Source: Candidatus Omnitrophota bacterium
GTDB lineage: Bacteria; Omnitrophota; Gorgyraeia; Aquiviventales; Aquiviventaceae
DNA length: 64,000 bases
Assembly: GCA_023247255.1 (NCBI GenBank)
Contig: JAHFGV010000006.1
Coordinates: 14,231-78,230, forward strand
Direction of reading: 5' to 3'
Below are positions 1 to 8,722 of this stretch, one piece after another. The stretch's first letter is position 1. Every line of letters starts with the position of its first letter. The translations under genes were made by a program, and so were the position numbers. The notes under the pieces were generated by a model. The model was not told the origin of the DNA. It saw only the letters and a list, made by a program, of their open reading frames with translations, and searched no databases.

Positions 1-248
1 AGGACCTCAAAGAGACGCTGAAATCAGACGACGTCGAAAAGATCAAGCGGGCCACCGAGGTTTTGATGCAGGCCTCCCACAAGTTGGCTGAAGAGGTGTA
101 CAAGAAAACGCAAGGATCAAAGGGCGCTGGGCAAGGGGCGAATGAAACTCCCCAAGAAGCCGCCGAGGAATCGGCAGGCAAAGCCCATGGCAAAGATAAA
201 GACGATAACATTGTAGATGCTGAGTTCAAGGTGGAAGACAATAAGTAA
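1..248 (+). CDS. dnaK: Molecular chaperone DnaK, C-terminal fragment (gene starts upstream of window)
   Basis: Translation ends ...EEVYKKTQ...GKDKDDNIVDAEFKVEDNK*, the typical acidic/Gly-rich DnaK C-terminal tail; stop TAA at 246-248. Confidence 0.85.
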   Translation, partial: DLKETLKSDDVEKIKRATEVLMQASHKLAEEVYKKTQGSKGAGQGANETPQEAAEESAGKAHGKDKDDNIVDAEFKVEDNK

Positions 249-250
249 TG

Positions 251-372
251 CCTGTTTATTTTCTGCTTTCTCATGACACATAACACATGAAACATGACAC
301 AGTCCTCATTACTTCTCTTGGAACATGACACAACACTCGGTCGACGCGTTAGCTATTTTTGCAAAAGCCCAG
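251..372 (-). repeat. Truncated reverse-orientation copy of the ~235-bp MITE-like element (left arm only)
   Basis: Reverse complement reads CTGGGCTTTTGCAAAAATAGCTAACGCGTCGACCGAGTGTTGTGTCATG...GAAAGCAGAAAATAAACAGG, matching the 5' half of the copies at 8357, 9571, 25894 and 63502; begins 3 bp after the dnaK stop codon. Confidence 0.6.
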
Positions 373-401
373 ATAGAACGGATGGATAGTCCGCGTGTTG
401 G

Positions 402-734
402 ATGATTCGCATCATTAGAGAGCGGGTGACGGCTGAGCAGATGCGCAGGATGCTCGAAACGTTGCAGACGTACGTCAAGCTTGCCGTTGACGTTCGTCGG
501 AAAATCGTTGGTGGCGGTGGAGCAATGCACGCGGATTGCAAAGCAGTGCTGCTGGAAGACGGCAGCCAACAAGCCGACGTCTGGGGTGCTGATTGGTCAC
601 CCAAGACCCGAAAGGTTCGCTTTGAGTCCCTGATCAACATTCGCCCCAGGCAGAACAACCGAACCATGCACATTGAGGACAAGGCCCTGCGCGCGAAGAT
701 TGAGAAAATCGTTCGAGAGCGGTTTGAGTCGTGA
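402..734 (+). CDS. Hypothetical protein (110 aa)
   Basis: ORF with ATG start and ATGA overlap with the next ORF; no family recognised. Confidence 0.4.
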   Translation: MIRIIRERVTAEQMRRMLETLQTYVKLAVDVRRKIVGGGGAMHADCKAVLLEDGSQQADVWGADWSPKTRKVRFESLINIRPRQNNRTMHIEDKALRAKIEKIVRERFES

Positions 735-1075
735 TGGTTTCAGGTGCCATTCACCAGCGGTTCCTTCAAGATCCATTGCCGAAACGGCTGGGCAGTTTAG
801 CCGCTGACTTAGCGAGAATTGCGTCGTTTGCGGAAGACCCCGAGGATTATGAAGTCGTTGCGAGTTTGCTAGAAGAAGGGAAATGGTTCGCGGAATGGGC
901 TGCGGCGGAAGCGCCACTCGAAACTCAGGCGGTTCTTGCCGAAGTTCAACTCGCTCTGGCTGTGTGGCAGCGTCAGTGGCTCTCTAGACGTGCTGCGCCT
1001 ACCATGCGTGATGAAGCTGCGCGCCGATCCGAAGAATTACTGGCCTTATCCGGTTTGAGTTTGACTCGTAGTTAG
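731..1075 (+). CDS. Hypothetical alpha-helical protein (114 aa), translationally coupled to upstream ORF
   Basis: ORF overlapping the previous stop by 4 bp (ATGA); no family recognised. Confidence 0.35.
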   Translation: MMVSGAIHQRFLQDPLPKRLGSLAADLARIASFAEDPEDYEVVASLLEEGKWFAEWAAAEAPLETQAVLAEVQLALAVWQRQWLSRRAAPTMRDEAARRSEELLALSGLSLTRS

Positions 1076-1097
1076 ATAAAAAAAGTGGGGAGGTGCC

Positions 1098-1529
1098 ATG
1101 AATCTCAAGCGATGGGCGTTGGCGACAGGGGGTGTTTTTCTCGTAATTGCTGTGGCAGACTTTGTGATTCATGAAGCTTGGCTGGGTGGGTTTTACCGAG
1201 CGAATGCCCAGTGGTGGCGAAGCGGGGATGCCATGAAAGCGCACATGGGCTGGATGTTCATCAGTCAGTTTATCTTGGCGGTTCTGTTGAGCTTTGTCTA
1301 TGCAAAGGGCTACGAAGTGGGAAAAGGCAACATAGGCCAGGGACTACGTTTTGGAATTCTGATGGGTTTTTTGCTGTTTCTGCCCAAAATGCTCATGACG
1401 CACTTCATCTATCCCTATCCGGTCTCCCTTCTTGTGGGCTGGTTTATCGGCGGTCTGATCGAAACCACGCTAGCTGGGTTGATGATCGGAGCCATCTATA
1501 AACCCGTGCTTGCCAGAGCCAAGGTTTAA
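1098..1529 (+). CDS. Small integral membrane protein (4 predicted TM helices; DUF1761-like?)
   Basis: GGAGG RBS 8 bp upstream of the ATG; hydrophobic segments VFLVIAVADFVI, MFISQFILAVLLSFV, GILMGFLLFL, LLVGWFIGGLIETTLAGLMIG. Confidence 0.5.
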   Translation: MNLKRWALATGGVFLVIAVADFVIHEAWLGGFYRANAQWWRSGDAMKAHMGWMFISQFILAVLLSFVYAKGYEVGKGNIGQGLRFGILMGFLLFLPKMLMTHFIYPYPVSLLVGWFIGGLIETTLAGLMIGAIYKPVLARAKV

Positions 1530-1562
1530 AATTTCTAGGAAGATTACAGTCTGGAGGAATAG

Positions 1563-1805
1563 ATGGAAGCTAAACGTTTACAACCAGTTTCCACACTGAA
1601 ACGGCGGTATCCTAACGAATGGCTGCTGCTGAGAGATGTTGCAGCAGATGAGCTCACCCACCCCGTGAAGGGCAGACTTGTTGCTCACAGTAAAAATCGC
1701 GATCATATCTATGATCGACTCTCGCGGATGAGAGGAAAGCTTGGTGTCTTATATACAGGAGATATCCCCAGGAAGCTAGCTGTGTTATTTCTCGAGTTGG
1801 GCTAG
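1563..1805 (+). CDS. Hypothetical protein (80 aa), immediately upstream of retropepsin-like protease
   Basis: ORF with GGAGG RBS; stop lies 3 bp before the next ATG. Confidence 0.4.
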   Translation: MEAKRLQPVSTLKRRYPNEWLLLRDVAADELTHPVKGRLVAHSKNRDHIYDRLSRMRGKLGVLYTGDIPRKLAVLFLELG

Positions 1806-1808
1806 CGG

Positions 1809-2207
1809 ATGGGTCAACAGCGCTTTGATCCGCAGCTCAACCTTGTTGCGTTAGACGCCATTCTGGAAGGAAGAAGAGCCTATTCCGTATCGCTGCGTAT
1901 GGTGTTGGACACGGGAGCATCGTACACAGTCATTTCCTGGAGTGCGGCTGAGGCATTAGGATACCATCCGGCCAACAGTCCTAACCGCATCGAGTCCATG
2001 ACAGGGAGTGGCAGGGAAGCGGCGCCGTTGTTAATAGTAAAAGCGATTGAGGTGGTAGGGGTTCGACTTGAGCAGGTTCCTGTCCTCTGTCATGACCTCC
2101 CACAAGGAAGCTTGGTGGATGGACTCTTAGGGTTGAGTTTTCTGAAGCAGTGCCGATTGGCTGTTGATTTCCCAATGGGCGTATTGGAACTTGACCGATT
2201 GCGCTGA
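1809..2207 (+). CDS. Retropepsin-like (clan AA) aspartic protease
   Basis: Catalytic motif VLDTGAS (D-T/S-G-A) in the expected N-terminal position; protein is ~130 aa, typical of bacterial retropepsin-like single-domain proteases. Confidence 0.6.
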   Translation: MGQQRFDPQLNLVALDAILEGRRAYSVSLRMVLDTGASYTVISWSAAEALGYHPANSPNRIESMTGSGREAAPLLIVKAIEVVGVRLEQVPVLCHDLPQGSLVDGLLGLSFLKQCRLAVDFPMGVLELDRLR

Positions 2208-2276
2208 CGCCACTTTTTAAATTTCGCGAAGCGATGGCGTTAAAAACATTGCATTTCGGATTGTGAAGGAAGAGCT

Positions 2277-2507
2277 ATGAAGTTGAAGGAAGCTGCGCAA
2301 ATCTACGTGGATCTGGTCCGGTTGGAGAAATCTATCGCGCCGGATCAAGATCAAGCCAGGCAGGAGGTCAGTGTACTTCGGTCAAAATACCATGACCTGT
2401 TTACCCAAGCGCTTTGGGAAACTGGCATCAAGTCCACCGACCGCTTTGAAGCTACTTCCCGCGCGTTTGAATTAGTCGGCGAGAGCGTCAAGAGGATATC
2501 TGGTTGA
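2277..2507 (+). CDS. Hypothetical protein (76 aa)
   Basis: ORF with purine-rich sequence upstream; no family recognised. Confidence 0.3.
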   Translation: MKLKEAAQIYVDLVRLEKSIAPDQDQARQEVSVLRSKYHDLFTQALWETGIKSTDRFEATSRAFELVGESVKRISG

Positions 2508-3052
2508 GAGAGCTAAATCCTGCTTGTGAATTTAAAAAGCGCTTGAGTAAGATGTCTAGCGTGGTTTGGTTTTGGATTATTGTTGCTGGAGCGACAGCGT
2601 TTGCATTGGGCAACATCAAGTACCCGTTGGCGCGTGAAGCTGAGAAAAAGCGAGCTATGACCTCAATGGCTGTCTCTTTATTGCAGCCAGAATTGGAAGC
2701 CAATCTTGAGTTGGTTAAACGTACAAAACGATTACTTAGCGAGGACCCGCCACAGGTTGCTTTGCAAAGTTTCAATACAGCTGCTTGGGAGACGGTTTCG
2801 AGTAGCGAATTGCTCTTAGGCTTGGATTCCGAAAAATTAAGTCGTCTAATGCGAGCCTATCATCTTGTGAAACAAGCTAACCATCTACATGGCTGGATGG
2901 AAGAAAATACGCTCGGTATTTCGTCTGTTGTAAAGGGAGAAGCGCGAGGGAAAAACAAGGAAGCGCTAGTCAAAGGCTTGTCTGAAAACCTGGATAAACT
3001 TGAACCGCTACTATTAACTTCAATCCAAGATGTTCAAGGCGAAGGAGAATAA
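2504..3052 (+). CDS. Hypothetical membrane-anchored protein (start may be the internal Met at 2553, MSSVVWFWIIVAGATAFAL)
   Basis: One N-terminal hydrophobic helix followed by a charged helical region; ATGA overlap with the upstream ORF. Confidence 0.4.
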   Translation: MRELNPACEFKKRLSKMSSVVWFWIIVAGATAFALGNIKYPLAREAEKKRAMTSMAVSLLQPELEANLELVKRTKRLLSEDPPQVALQSFNTAAWETVSSSELLLGLDSEKLSRLMRAYHLVKQANHLHGWMEENTLGISSVVKGEARGKNKEALVKGLSENLDKLEPLLLTSIQDVQGEGE

Positions 3053-3312
3053 TTTGTTCGTTTACTTGAGTCTCGGATCTCAAGTCGGATGTCTGTGGAC
3101 TATCGACTGTAGACGGTGGACTAACAGATGCCAGTGACGAAGTCGACTACTACGAGATTCTGGGGTGGTGAAGGACACCTCGGTGGAGGATCACAGCGAC
3201 GGCTGAGCGGCTGCAGACAATTGCGGCAGTGAGCGGAAGGCATTCAAGCGGATAGGTGAAGGAGTGATGGCATCCACGCAGGAAGCCCAGATGGTCATTC
3301 AGCCCGCAGAAG

Positions 3313-3567
3313 GTGATTCTCTTCGGATCGCATGCTCGTGGGACCCCGCGTTCGGAGAGCGATATTGATCTCTTGATTATCAAAGAGACGTCGGAACGTT
3401 TTATTGACCGATGGACGCGAGTGCGCCGAATCCTTTCTGATCCGCAACGGGCCATTCCGTTCGAAACGCTTGTGCTAACGCCTCAGGAAGTGGCGAAGCG
3501 GTTGGCCATCGGCGATCAGTTCGTGGAAACAATTTTGCGCGAAGGAACCGTGCTTTATGCCTCATGA
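3313..3567 (+). CDS. MNT-type nucleotidyltransferase antitoxin (HepT/MNT pair), apparently N-terminally truncated; GTG start
   Basis: ILFGSHARG...SDIDLLII motif (GS-X9-DxD of minimal nucleotidyltransferases). The in-frame upstream region hits a stop after only ~15 codons and lacks the usual ~25-aa N-terminal helix. Confidence 0.55.
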   Translation: MILFGSHARGTPRSESDIDLLIIKETSERFIDRWTRVRRILSDPQRAIPFETLVLTPQEVAKRLAIGDQFVETILREGTVLYAS

Positions 3568-3946
3568 GGCGCCCCGTTATGCTGCGGAGTGGTTGCGGAT
3601 TGCCGAGAAAGACTTCGCGCGAGTCGAGCATCTACTGAGCGTGGATGATCCGGAGGCAGCGGGTTTCTATCTGCAATAGGCAGTAGAGAAGTTTCTGAAA
3701 GCTTTCCTCCTAGTTCAGGGATGGAAACTTGAACGGATTCACGATTTAGAGGTGCTCTTGAACGCAGCCGTAGCCTACGATCAATCGCTGGAACCCTTTC
3801 GCGAGGTGTGCCAGAAGATCACAGGGTTCTATTTCGTGGAGCGTTATCCCGATGTAGGGGGAGACGATTTAACCGAGAACGATGTCCGTCAAGCGTTCGA
3901 ACAAAGCAGAGGCCTGATCCAAAAATTGAGGGAAGTATGCCGGTGA
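3557..3946 (+). pseudogene. HEPN-domain (HepT-like) toxin gene inactivated by an in-frame TAG at 3677-3679
   Basis: Frame reads MPHEAPRYAAEWLRIAEKDFARVEHLL...GFYLQ*AVEKFLKAFLL..., i.e. HEPN consensus YxxQQAVEKxLKA with the second Q codon (CAG) changed to TAG. The 3' end overlaps the dnaJ start. Confidence 0.6.
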
Positions 3947-5076
3947 CGAAGCGGGATTATTACGAGATTCTCGGAGTTAGCAAAAACGCGACTGAGGATG
4001 AGGTTAAGCGCGCGTACCGAACGCTTGCGCTCAAACATCATCCGGATCGGGTGAGCGCGGATCAGAAGAAGAACGCAGAAGAGAAATTCAAAGAAATCTC
4101 CGAGGCCTACGCGGTTCTTTCGGATTCTAAGAAACGCTCGGTCTACGACCAATATGGCCATGCCGGTTTTGACCAGCGTTACTCCACCGAGGACATTTTC
4201 CGGGGTGCTGATTTTTCAAGCATCTTTCAGGATTTGGGATTTGGGGGATCAATTTTTGAAGAACTCTTTGGATTGGGCGATTTCTTCGGTGGAGGCGGCG
4301 GAGGTGGCCGTCGCGCCAGGCGTGGAGCGGATGTGCTGTTCGAATTGTCCCTGAGTTTTGAGGAAGCGGCTAAAGGAACGACCAAGACCGTCACGGTTCC
4401 TCGATCGGAATTGTGTCCGGAATGTCAGGGCCAGGGAGGGGATCGAGCCTCTTGCTCCAGTTGCCAGGGAACCGGACAGATCCGTCAGTCTGCAGGATTC
4501 ATGGTAATCGCACGGACCTGTCCTCGATGTGGAGGGCAAGGCAGTTCCATCAAGAAAAGTTGCTCCAAATGCCGGGGGGAGGGACATATCACCACGAAGC
4601 GACAGCTTCAAGTTAAGATTCCTGCAGGAGTGGAATCCGGCATGCGCCTGAGACTTGTGGGAGAAGGAGACGGCGGCGTCAGAGGACGGGGGGATTTGTA
4701 CGTACAGCTTAGAGTCGATCCCCATCCTCTTTTTCAGAGAGATGGCGCGCATCTGATTGTGACGTATCCGCTGAACATTGCCCAGGTAGCCTTAGGAACG
4801 GAAGTCGAAGTGCCCACGATCAACGGTCGGGTGTCCCTGAAGGTTCCTTCAGGCATCCAGAGCGGCACGGTGCTGCGCGTTCGGGGCAAGGGTCTTGCGG
4901 ATGTGCACGATGGGCGCACCGGTGATCTTTTGGTCCGCATAGTCGTGGAAACGCCTACGAATCTGAACGCAACTCAGAGACAATTTCTAGAGGGATTCCA
5001 GCAACTTTTTAGAGAGGATGCCCATCCGACTCGGCGTTCGTTTCTTGACAACCTCAAGGACCTGTTGAAAAAATAA
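3937..5076 (+). CDS. dnaJ: Molecular chaperone DnaJ
   Basis: [10 protein letters not shown]...HPDR J-domain with HPD motif, G/F-rich region, four CxxCxGxG zinc-finger repeats and a C-terminal domain. The track ORF 3808 start is trimmed to the Met preceding the J-domain. Confidence 0.9.
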   Translation: MPVTKRDYYEILGVSKNATEDEVKRAYRTLALKHHPDRVSADQKKNAEEKFKEISEAYAVLSDSKKRSVYDQYGHAGFDQRYSTEDIFRGADFSSIFQDLGFGGSIFEELFGLGDFFGGGGGGGRRARRGADVLFELSLSFEEAAKGTTKTVTVPRSELCPECQGQGGDRASCSSCQGTGQIRQSAGFMVIARTCPRCGGQGSSIKKSCSKCRGEGHITTKRQLQVKIPAGVESGMRLRLVGEGDGGVRGRGDLYVQLRVDPHPLFQRDGAHLIVTYPLNIAQVALGTEVEVPTINGRVSLKVPSGIQSGTVLRVRGKGLADVHDGRTGDLLVRIVVETPTNLNATQRQFLEGFQQLFREDAHPTRRSFLDNLKDLLKK

Positions 5077-5089
5077 TCCTTGAAATCGC

Positions 5090-5183
5090 CGATTGCATCG
5101 CGATATTGTCGATTGACGATCGTCGATCTTCGATTGAATAACGGTTTTCAATCGAAAATCCAAAATCGACAATCGAAAATTCC
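5090..5183. repeat. Palindromic heptamer-repeat element (AATCGAC-type), copy A
   Basis: CGATTGCATCGCGATATTGTCGATTGACGATCGTCGATCTTCGATTG ... CAATCGAAAATCCAAAATCGACAATCGAAAATTCC; the two halves are inverted complements. Near-identical copy at 58026-58121. Confidence 0.65.
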
Positions 5184-5274
5184 CAGGCAGTTTCATGATT
5201 CCTTGGGAGGAGAGAAGTTATCAGTGCCACAGACTCATCCTGTGGGGCTCCACCCGTAACAGCCGAGGGGGAAA

Positions 5275-5535
5275 ATGCCGACGTACGAGTACAAGTGTCA
5301 ACAGTGTGGCCGACATCATGAAATCTCTCAGCCCATCACCGCCCGGCCTGTTTCCAAGTGTCCCAAATGTTCCGGTAAAATGAAGCGGTTGATCGGCGGT
5401 GGTTCCGGATTTCTATTCCGTGGGAGTGGTTTTTATATCACTGATTATCGGAGCAAAAGCTATCACGACGCTAAGAAGAAAGACGAAACCCCCTCCAAGC
5501 CTTCTGAACCCTCCAAAACTGCCACCACCGCTTAA
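5275..5535 (+). CDS. FmdB-family zinc-ribbon regulatory protein
   Basis: MPTYEYKCQQCG...KCPKCSG: canonical FmdB CxxC-X~17-CxxC zinc ribbon with a low-complexity tail; GAGGGGG RBS. Confidence 0.7.
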   Translation: MPTYEYKCQQCGRHHEISQPITARPVSKCPKCSGKMKRLIGGGSGFLFRGSGFYITDYRSKSYHDAKKKDETPSKPSEPSKTATTA

Positions 5536-5899
5536 AGACAAAAGGAATCGCTGGTGGCTTGCTTCAGGGATATATGCCATCTTTATTTTCTTTCTATCGG
5601 TAGTACCGGTCGTTCAAGATCTGCCTCCGATTCAACATGTGGACAAATGGGCACACCTGTGCGAATATCTGGTGTTTGCTTGGCTTTTGGTACGAACCCT
5701 TTTCTTAGCTCGAGGAATCTTGCCGGGATCCTTGATTTTGGCTTGGCTGTTTGCCAGCAGTTATGGCTACTTGATGGAGTTGATCCAGTTGATGTTGCCA
5801 TGGAGAACCGCAGACGTGGCCGATGCGGGTGCCAATGCCTTGGGAGCTGCCTTAGGAGTATGGATCGGCCATAAGATGTTTAGAGCACCTAACTGTTAG
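5399..5899 (+). CDS. VanZ-like family membrane protein (start uncertain; the 5' portion overlaps the FmdB gene in another frame)
   Basis: Four hydrophobic helices and a ...DKWAHLCEYLVFAWLL... pattern resembling VanZ-like proteins. No ATG, GTG or TTG lies between 5531 and 5620 in frame, so the 5399 ATG is the only conventional start. Confidence 0.45.
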   Translation: MVPDFYSVGVVFISLIIGAKAITTLRRKTKPPPSLLNPPKLPPPLKDKRNRWWLASGIYAIFIFFLSVVPVVQDLPPIQHVDKWAHLCEYLVFAWLLVRTLFLARGILPGSLILAWLFASSYGYLMELIQLMLPWRTADVADAGANALGAALGVWIGHKMFRAPNC

Positions 5900-5934
5900 G
5901 TGCTCTAAGCCATCATCCAACTTTTTGACTGATC

Positions 5935-6612
5935 ATGTACATGGAGAAATCTTGCGAGATTTCAGCGACTAAGACACGCAGTGCTCGTGTCATCGAGGAG
6001 CTCGCCCACCATTTACCCTATACCTTAGTGGGATCCCTCGTTGCGATGGCAGTAGTGTGGTTCTTCGCAGCGCAACGCTTGCATCAAGGGATCGCTGAAC
6101 AGCTGTTTGAGGAATCCCGCACAGCCTTTCATTTGTTTCATCCCCTGCATGTGTGCCTGAGCGCTATTGCCACAACGGCCCTGTCCTGGCGCACCAGCCG
6201 TCGTCTGCTCCAAACAGTTCTGACCGGCGCTCTGGGAACGATCATTCCGTGTGGATTGAGCGATTATGTTTTTCCCTATCTGGGAGGTAGACTCCTGAAT
6301 CAACCCATGGAACTGCATGCGTGTGTGGTAGCCCATCCCCAGATGTTTTTCCCTTTCCTTATATTAGGCATCCTTGGAGGTCTCTGGGCTGAGGAACGGC
6401 TCACCGGGAGCCATTTTTTCTCACATGCGGCACACATTCTTGTCAGCAGCGTGGCTTCGTTACTCTATCTCATTTCGTTTGGATGTGTCGCATGGATGAC
6501 GGATGTGCGGTTTGTGTTTCCTGTTTTTCTGATCATCCTGCTGGCCGTGTGGATTCCTTGTTGCATCAGTGATATCGTGATCCCGACGGCCACAGCTAAG
6601 GATTTGGATTAG
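5935..6612 (+). CDS. Hypothetical polytopic membrane protein (225 aa)
   Basis: At least 6 hydrophobic helices; no family recognised. Confidence 0.45.
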   Translation: MYMEKSCEISATKTRSARVIEELAHHLPYTLVGSLVAMAVVWFFAAQRLHQGIAEQLFEESRTAFHLFHPLHVCLSAIATTALSWRTSRRLLQTVLTGALGTIIPCGLSDYVFPYLGGRLLNQPMELHACVVAHPQMFFPFLILGILGGLWAEERLTGSHFFSHAAHILVSSVASLLYLISFGCVAWMTDVRFVFPVFLIILLAVWIPCCISDIVIPTATAKDLD

Positions 6613-6644
6613 CTCATCCATGAGGATATTTCCCTGAGGATGAA

Positions 6645-8003
6645 ATGGCACTGATCCAGCCCTTTCGCGCCCTTCGCTATAATCCACAGGGTGTGCCTCA
6701 GTTGGGTGCGGTGCTTGCTCCTCCCTATGATGTCATTACGCCCGAGGAACAGCAACGGCTCTATCAGTGCTCTGACTACAACATCGTGCGGCTCATTCTG
6801 GGCAGCCAGTATCCGACTGACCGAGAAGGAGACGATCGTTACAGTCGCGCGAAAGCCGCATTTAACGCCTGGTGTACTCAGGGGGTGTTTTCTCGCGATC
6901 CGACCCTCGCTTTCTACGTCATTGAGCATCAATTCAGTGATTTCGAGACCGATTCGTCGCCCAAACAGAGCGCGCCAGACAAAGGTTTCCAGCAATCGCG
7001 TCTGGGATTCATCGCCCTTCTTGGGTTTGAAGACTCGATGGAGCGAACGGCTTACCGTCACGAGGCCACTTTGACTGCGCCCAAGGCCGATCGAAAGAAG
7101 TTGCTGGAGGCTATTCCAGCGAACCTGAGCCCCATCTTCTGTCTTTATCCGGATCCCGATGGAATCGTCCAGTCCCTGTTGCGGGAGCATGTTCGTAAAA
7201 CCGCTCCAACCGTTGAGGCCCCTTTCAAGCAGGATACCGTTCGATTATGGGTCGCAACCGATGCTTCTTGGATTCAAGAGATTCAGCGGCAACTCGCTGC
7301 GGCGACGGTGCTGATCGCCGATGGCCATCATCGATTTGAAGTTGCTTATGCCCGCAAACATCAGTATCCAGCGCTGATGAGCTATTTTGTTTCCCTCAAG
7401 GATCCTGCGCTTTGTATGCATGCCATCCATCGGGTCGTCCGGCGTGATTCCGAGACAGGGGAGGAACCTCTCAGCCAGCTTTGCACCTTGGAAGCCACGC
7501 AAAATCTTTCTTCAGTGATGATGCGGCTGGGGCACTCTCAGAAGCAACCCGTCCAGCCATCTGAGCCAGGTGCCTTCCATGGACAATTCGGCTTCTATAA
7601 TGGAAAGGTCTGGTACTATGTGAGCTTGAAGCCTCGATCGGTTGAGAGTTGGTTAGGCACTTGTTCCATTCCACAACCCATCGCATCCCTCGACGTATGT
7701 CTTCTGCAACAGTTTCTCCTTCCTAATCTTGTTAACCATGCATCCAAGGTAGGGCAATCGGGGAAGGTTTTAGATGAACAATCCCAGGCGAAGTGGAAGA
7801 TCATCGACTATACCGCATCGGCCAAGCAGGCGGTATGTGCTGTTGACAGAGGCCAAGGGACTGAAGCGTGGTTCTTACGCGCGATGTCTCTTGAGCAGAT
7901 TTACTCGCTGGCAGCTAGAGGGTTTATTCTCCCTCCCAAATCGACCTATTTCTATCCGAAGGTGCTTTCAGGCCTGACGATTAACCCCCTAGCAGGATGC
8001 TGA
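6645..8003 (+). CDS. DUF1015 family protein
   Basis: N-terminus MALIQPFRALRYNP and later ADGHHRFE are the hallmark motifs of DUF1015 (~450 aa). Confidence 0.7.
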   Translation: MALIQPFRALRYNPQGVPQLGAVLAPPYDVITPEEQQRLYQCSDYNIVRLILGSQYPTDREGDDRYSRAKAAFNAWCTQGVFSRDPTLAFYVIEHQFSDFETDSSPKQSAPDKGFQQSRLGFIALLGFEDSMERTAYRHEATLTAPKADRKKLLEAIPANLSPIFCLYPDPDGIVQSLLREHVRKTAPTVEAPFKQDTVRLWVATDASWIQEIQRQLAAATVLIADGHHRFEVAYARKHQYPALMSYFVSLKDPALCMHAIHRVVRRDSETGEEPLSQLCTLEATQNLSSVMMRLGHSQKQPVQPSEPGAFHGQFGFYNGKVWYYVSLKPRSVESWLGTCSIPQPIASLDVCLLQQFLLPNLVNHASKVGQSGKVLDEQSQAKWKIIDYTASAKQAVCAVDRGQGTEAWFLRAMSLEQIYSLAARGFILPPKSTYFYPKVLSGLTINPLAGC

Positions 8004-8356
8004 AAAACCCTTCGTGGTTCAGGGTTCGGGGCAAATACACCACCGTTCGTCGAACCGACTGGCGTTTTTGAGCAGCCTGCTAGAACCTTGGGTCCCCCGT
8101 TCCGATACGGATGCCAGCCGGAGCGGGCACAGCGTGGAGTGCTTGATGGTGCCATGCATGATGGTACCACGGACTTGCTGGTGGGGCTCCACCATGTTAG
8201 GATATTCGCTTTCTACCCCGCCATCGGGCCACGGCCGAAGACATCGGCCCAGTTCCATGGGGCTCCACAAAATCGCGTAAAGTTTTTACAGAAATGTGAG
8301 GCATTTTCTGATACATGGAGGAACCGCGGCTGTAAAGCCGTGGGACATCTCTTAAC

Positions 8357-8596
8357 TGGGCTTTTGCAAAAATAGCCAACGCGTTGACCCAGTGTTGTGT
8401 CCTATTCCAAGAGAAGCAATGAGGATTGTGTCATGTTTCATGAGTCATGTGTCATGAAAAAGCAGAAAATAAACAGGTATCTCAAGCATAGCCAAAGGGG
8501 CTCTTTTGCTTTCCATGACTCATGACACATAACACATGACTCATGACACAGACGTGAGCGCTACCGCTAATCTCGATGCATTTTTCAAAACCTCAG
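8357..8596 (+). mobile_element. MITE-like non-autonomous element, intact copy, + orientation; flanked by a perfect 6-bp TSD, TCTTAA
   Basis: Termini CTGGGCTTTTGCAAAAATAGCC ... GCATTTTTCAAAACCTCAG form ~16-bp imperfect terminal inverted repeats. TCTTAA occurs at 8351-8356 and 8597-8602. Internal ~55-bp imperfect hairpin (CATGAGTCATGTGTCATG...CATGACTCATGACACATG). Confidence 0.8.
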
Positions 8597-8641
8597 TCTT
8601 AACATTGGTTCTCCTGCGATATTGCAAAACAATCTGCTTGC

Positions 8642-8704
8642 CAAAATCGCGCCATTCACTCCCCTTGAAATCGATAATACCAAAGGGTTCTCTGGCGCGA
8701 TTTT
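8642..8704 (+). promoter_or_regulatory. Perfect 12-bp inverted repeat (CAAAATCGCGCC / GGCGCGATTTTG) in the accD 5' leader; possible leader stem-loop, attenuator or operator
   Basis: Arms at 8642-8653 and 8693-8704 are separated by 39 nt and followed by a U-rich tract and the accD RBS (AAAAGGGGTGG). Confidence 0.3.
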
Positions 8705-8722
8705 GTTAAAAGGGGTGGCGGG

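Noticed and set aside
5090-5183. Considered whether the heptamer arrays are a CRISPR array
   Set aside because: Period is 7 bp with no spacers, the arrays are palindromic, and there are no cas genes. This fits REP/STRR-like repeats, not CRISPR.
6609-7190. 193-aa minus-strand ORF antisense to the DUF1015 gene
   Set aside because: Overlaps a + strand gene with clear family signature (PFRALRY, DGHHRF); no independent support.
8014-8375. Two overlapping + strand ORFs (88 and 95 aa) after the DUF1015 gene
   Set aside because: Composition is His/Arg/Ser/Pro-rich, there are no start signals, and the second terminates inside the MITE. They are most likely non-coding.
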